DNA from: Somniosus microcephalus | Taxonomy: Eukaryota | DNA: 64,000 nt | Reading direction: 5' to 3' | Assembly (NCBI GenBank): GCA_052327205.1 | Contig: CM126230.1 | Location: 42,408,001-42,472,000 of the forward strand | In this document: positions 61,540 to 64,000 of the stretch, piece after piece | Numbering within the stretch: the first letter of the stretch is position 1 | Layout of the letters: every line of letters starts with the position of its first letter | Translations under genes and position numbers: made by a program | The notes under the pieces: model-generated | The model's database searches: none | What the model was told of the DNA's origin: nothing | The model's input: only the letters and a program-made list of their open reading frames with translations

Positions 61540-63400
61540 AGGCGGGCGGGGTTACAAGTAAATCATTTTAAAAAGAGAAAGCATACACACAAACATTTTT
61601 TTTTAAGACGAGCTCAACAGCCCCCTTCCATCTTGCTGAGCGGGGAGGGGCGGCGCGAGCCTTTGATTCAAACTTTCGCCGCCAGCCGAATGGAAGCCTC
61701 GCGCCCGAATTCAAACCGCAGCTCGAGCGCCCCCAGCCAACCGCCAAACCGGAGCGACGGCGGCTCTCGCTCTCTCACACACGAGAGTCCGGGCCCCGCA
61801 TACACACACACCGGGCCTCGGCTCTCTCACACACAGGGTCCGGGCCTCGTCTCTCTCTCACACACAGGGCCCGGAGCGGCGGCTCTTTCTCACATACACA
61901 GGGTCCGGGGCTCGGCTCTCTCACACACAGGGTCCGGACCTCGGCTCTCTTACACACACAAGAGTCCGGGCCCCGCATACACACACACACCACACAGAGT
62001 CCGGCTCTCGGGCCCCGCACACACCACACAGAGTCCGGCTCTCGGGCCCCGCACACAGGGTCCGGGCCTCGGCTCTCTCTCACACACAGGGCCCGGAGCG
62101 GTGGTTCTCTCTCACACACACACACACACACACAGGGCCCGGAGCGGTGGTTCTCTCTCTCTCTCTCTCTCACACACACAGGGCCCGGAGCAGCGGCGGC
62201 TCTCTCACACACAGGGCCCGGAGCGGCGGCTCTCTCACACACAGGGCACAGGACCTCGGCTCTCTCACACGGTCCGGCTCTCTGATCTCACACACACACA
62301 CAGGACCCGGGCCTCACACACACACGGTCCGGAGCGGCGGCTCTCTCTCACACACACACACACACAGGACCGCGGCTCTCGGGCCCCGCACAGAGAGTCC
62401 GGGCCTCACACACACAGGGTCCGGGGCTCGGCTCTCTTTCACACACAGGGCCTCGACTCTCGGGCCCGCACACACACACAATGCCCGGGCCTCGGCTTTC
62501 TCTCTCTCTCATTCAGGGCCTCGGCTCTCGGACCCCCCGCACACACACAATGCCCGGGCCTCGGCTCTCTCTCACACACGGCCTCGGCTCTCGGGCCTCG
62601 CACACACACAATGCCCGGGCCTCGGCTCACAGGCCTTCCCCTCACACACACACAAACCAGGAACTCTGTGCGGTGAAAAGCTCGGAGTTACGAGGACCCC
62701 CCGGTAAGAAATTAATGTATTCCACCATTAGGAAAGGATTGTTTCTGAAGATATTTCTATATTAACCGACATATCTGAGGGCGGGCGGCATCGCCGCTCA
62801 AATTTACCTCCGAGGAGAGAAGGGCGGGAAAAAAAAATCGGCGGCTGCACGATCCGCCGCCCGCAATAAACAAAAAAAATCCTCTTTATATTTTAAAAAG
62901 TATTTAAAAAAAGATAAGCCTGGAGGCCTAAGAAAAGGTTCGTGTAAAATACACCAAAAAAACCCAGGCCGAGCGCTTCCCGCCGAAATTATCTTCCCGC
63001 AGCGACAATAAAAAATGTCCACCTTCTGCGGATGAAACGGATTTTTAAAAATATACGTATTAAAAAATATATATTTCTTCGCATTTTTAATATTTAAAAC
63101 CGCGGCGGAGTTAAAACATCCAAGGCGCCGAGGACAAGCCTGGGTTACCGTCTCCCCCCATAGAGATTTTTCAAATCTATTTTGTGGCGTTGAGCAATAT
63201 AGTTTTCTCCTTCATTTGAACGTACTGTGTTTTTTAATGTTAATTTTTAATGTTGAACGCACTGTAGGGCTTTTTTTAAATATATAAATTGAATAGATGT
63301 GTATATTTGGCGCTCACCTGCTGTCCCGGGCGGCTGTAGCTCCTATCCGTCCTTTAATCCCGTGTGCAGCAGGAAGGGGAAGCGAGCTCTCGCTTCTCGC
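61540..63400 (-). promoter_or_regulatory. CpG-rich promoter / 5' non-coding exon region of macroH2A2
   Basis: Marked CpG enrichment compared with the rest of the window, GC boxes (gggcgg at about 61648 and 62779), strong minus-strand donors CAG|GTGAGC (63318) and GAG|GTAAAT (62808) upstream of the ATG exon. Confidence 0.6.
61765..62655. repeat. Composite GC-rich minisatellite, unit about 30 nt: (CA)n-GGG(T/C)CCGG...CGG-(CT)n
   Basis: Roughly 25 degenerate units such as cacacacagggtccgggcctcggctctctct, visible directly. Confidence 0.9.
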
Positions 63401-64000
63401 ATACCCATTTGAAAAATACAAACTCAGCCTATCAGCAAGGGCAAGTGAGCAGGAGGAGGGGTGGATAGGCTCACAGCGAGGAAGGAAAATCAAAAACACA
63501 CACAATCTCCCCCCCCACAAAAACATAACCGTTAACACACATTTGGTCAGCCTTCGCAGCAGGGATCTAGCTCACGAACCAGTTATCACCTGCCCAGTGC
63601 CATTGGGACAGATGGTGCAAAAAAAAAACACAACAACCCCCTATACATTATATATGACAATCTGAGACACCTTTCTGTGCAGGAAATGGTTGTGCCTTTT
63701 CTCAGTAAAACTGGGTGGCCCCGGATTCAGCAAAAAAAAACTTGTGCCTCCCTTTTTTAAGAGGGGCGCAATTAATTGAAAACTATAAAAGACTTTGATT
63801 TCTCCAGCGCCTTTCACGACCACCGAACGTCCCAAAGCACTTTACAGCCAACAAAGTACTTTTTGAAGTGTAGTCGTTGTTGTAATGTAGGAAACGCGGC
63901 AGCCAGTTTGCATACAGCAAGCTCCCACAAACAGTAATGTGATAATGACCAGATAATCTGTTTTATTGATGTTGGTTGAGGGATAAATATTGGCCCCAGG

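Noticed and set aside
61633-62765. 347-aa and overlapping His/Thr/Gly- or Cys/Val-rich ORFs
   Set aside because: They are translations of the minisatellite, open in several frames on both strands, with no domain or splice structure.

Overview
Eukaryotic, repeat-rich vertebrate DNA; the repeat content (Deu-type tRNA SINEs, abundant CR1/L2 LINEs, short Penelope-like palindromes) points to a cartilaginous fish, most likely a shark. Two convergent multi-exon genes can be rebuilt from splice sites and reading frame. On the + strand are the last 15 coding exons of GBF1 (1977..34096, about 790 aa, 5' part outside the window). On the - strand is a complete macroH2A2 CDS (8 coding exons, 53682..37745, 377 aa, one GC-AG intron) with a CpG-rich promoter region at about 61600-63400. 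The introns carry a near-intact full-length CR1 (esterase ORF1; ORF2 with only two lesions), other CR1, L2 and RTE copies, a LINE that begins with a tRNA-like head, a palindromic Penelope-like element with a hammerhead core and 15-bp TSD, and Harbinger-, hAT- and Tc1/pogo-like MITEs. Nearly all other short ORFs in the track are TE fragments, antisense shadows or noise. Family and gene assignments rest on recalled reference sequences, not on database searches.
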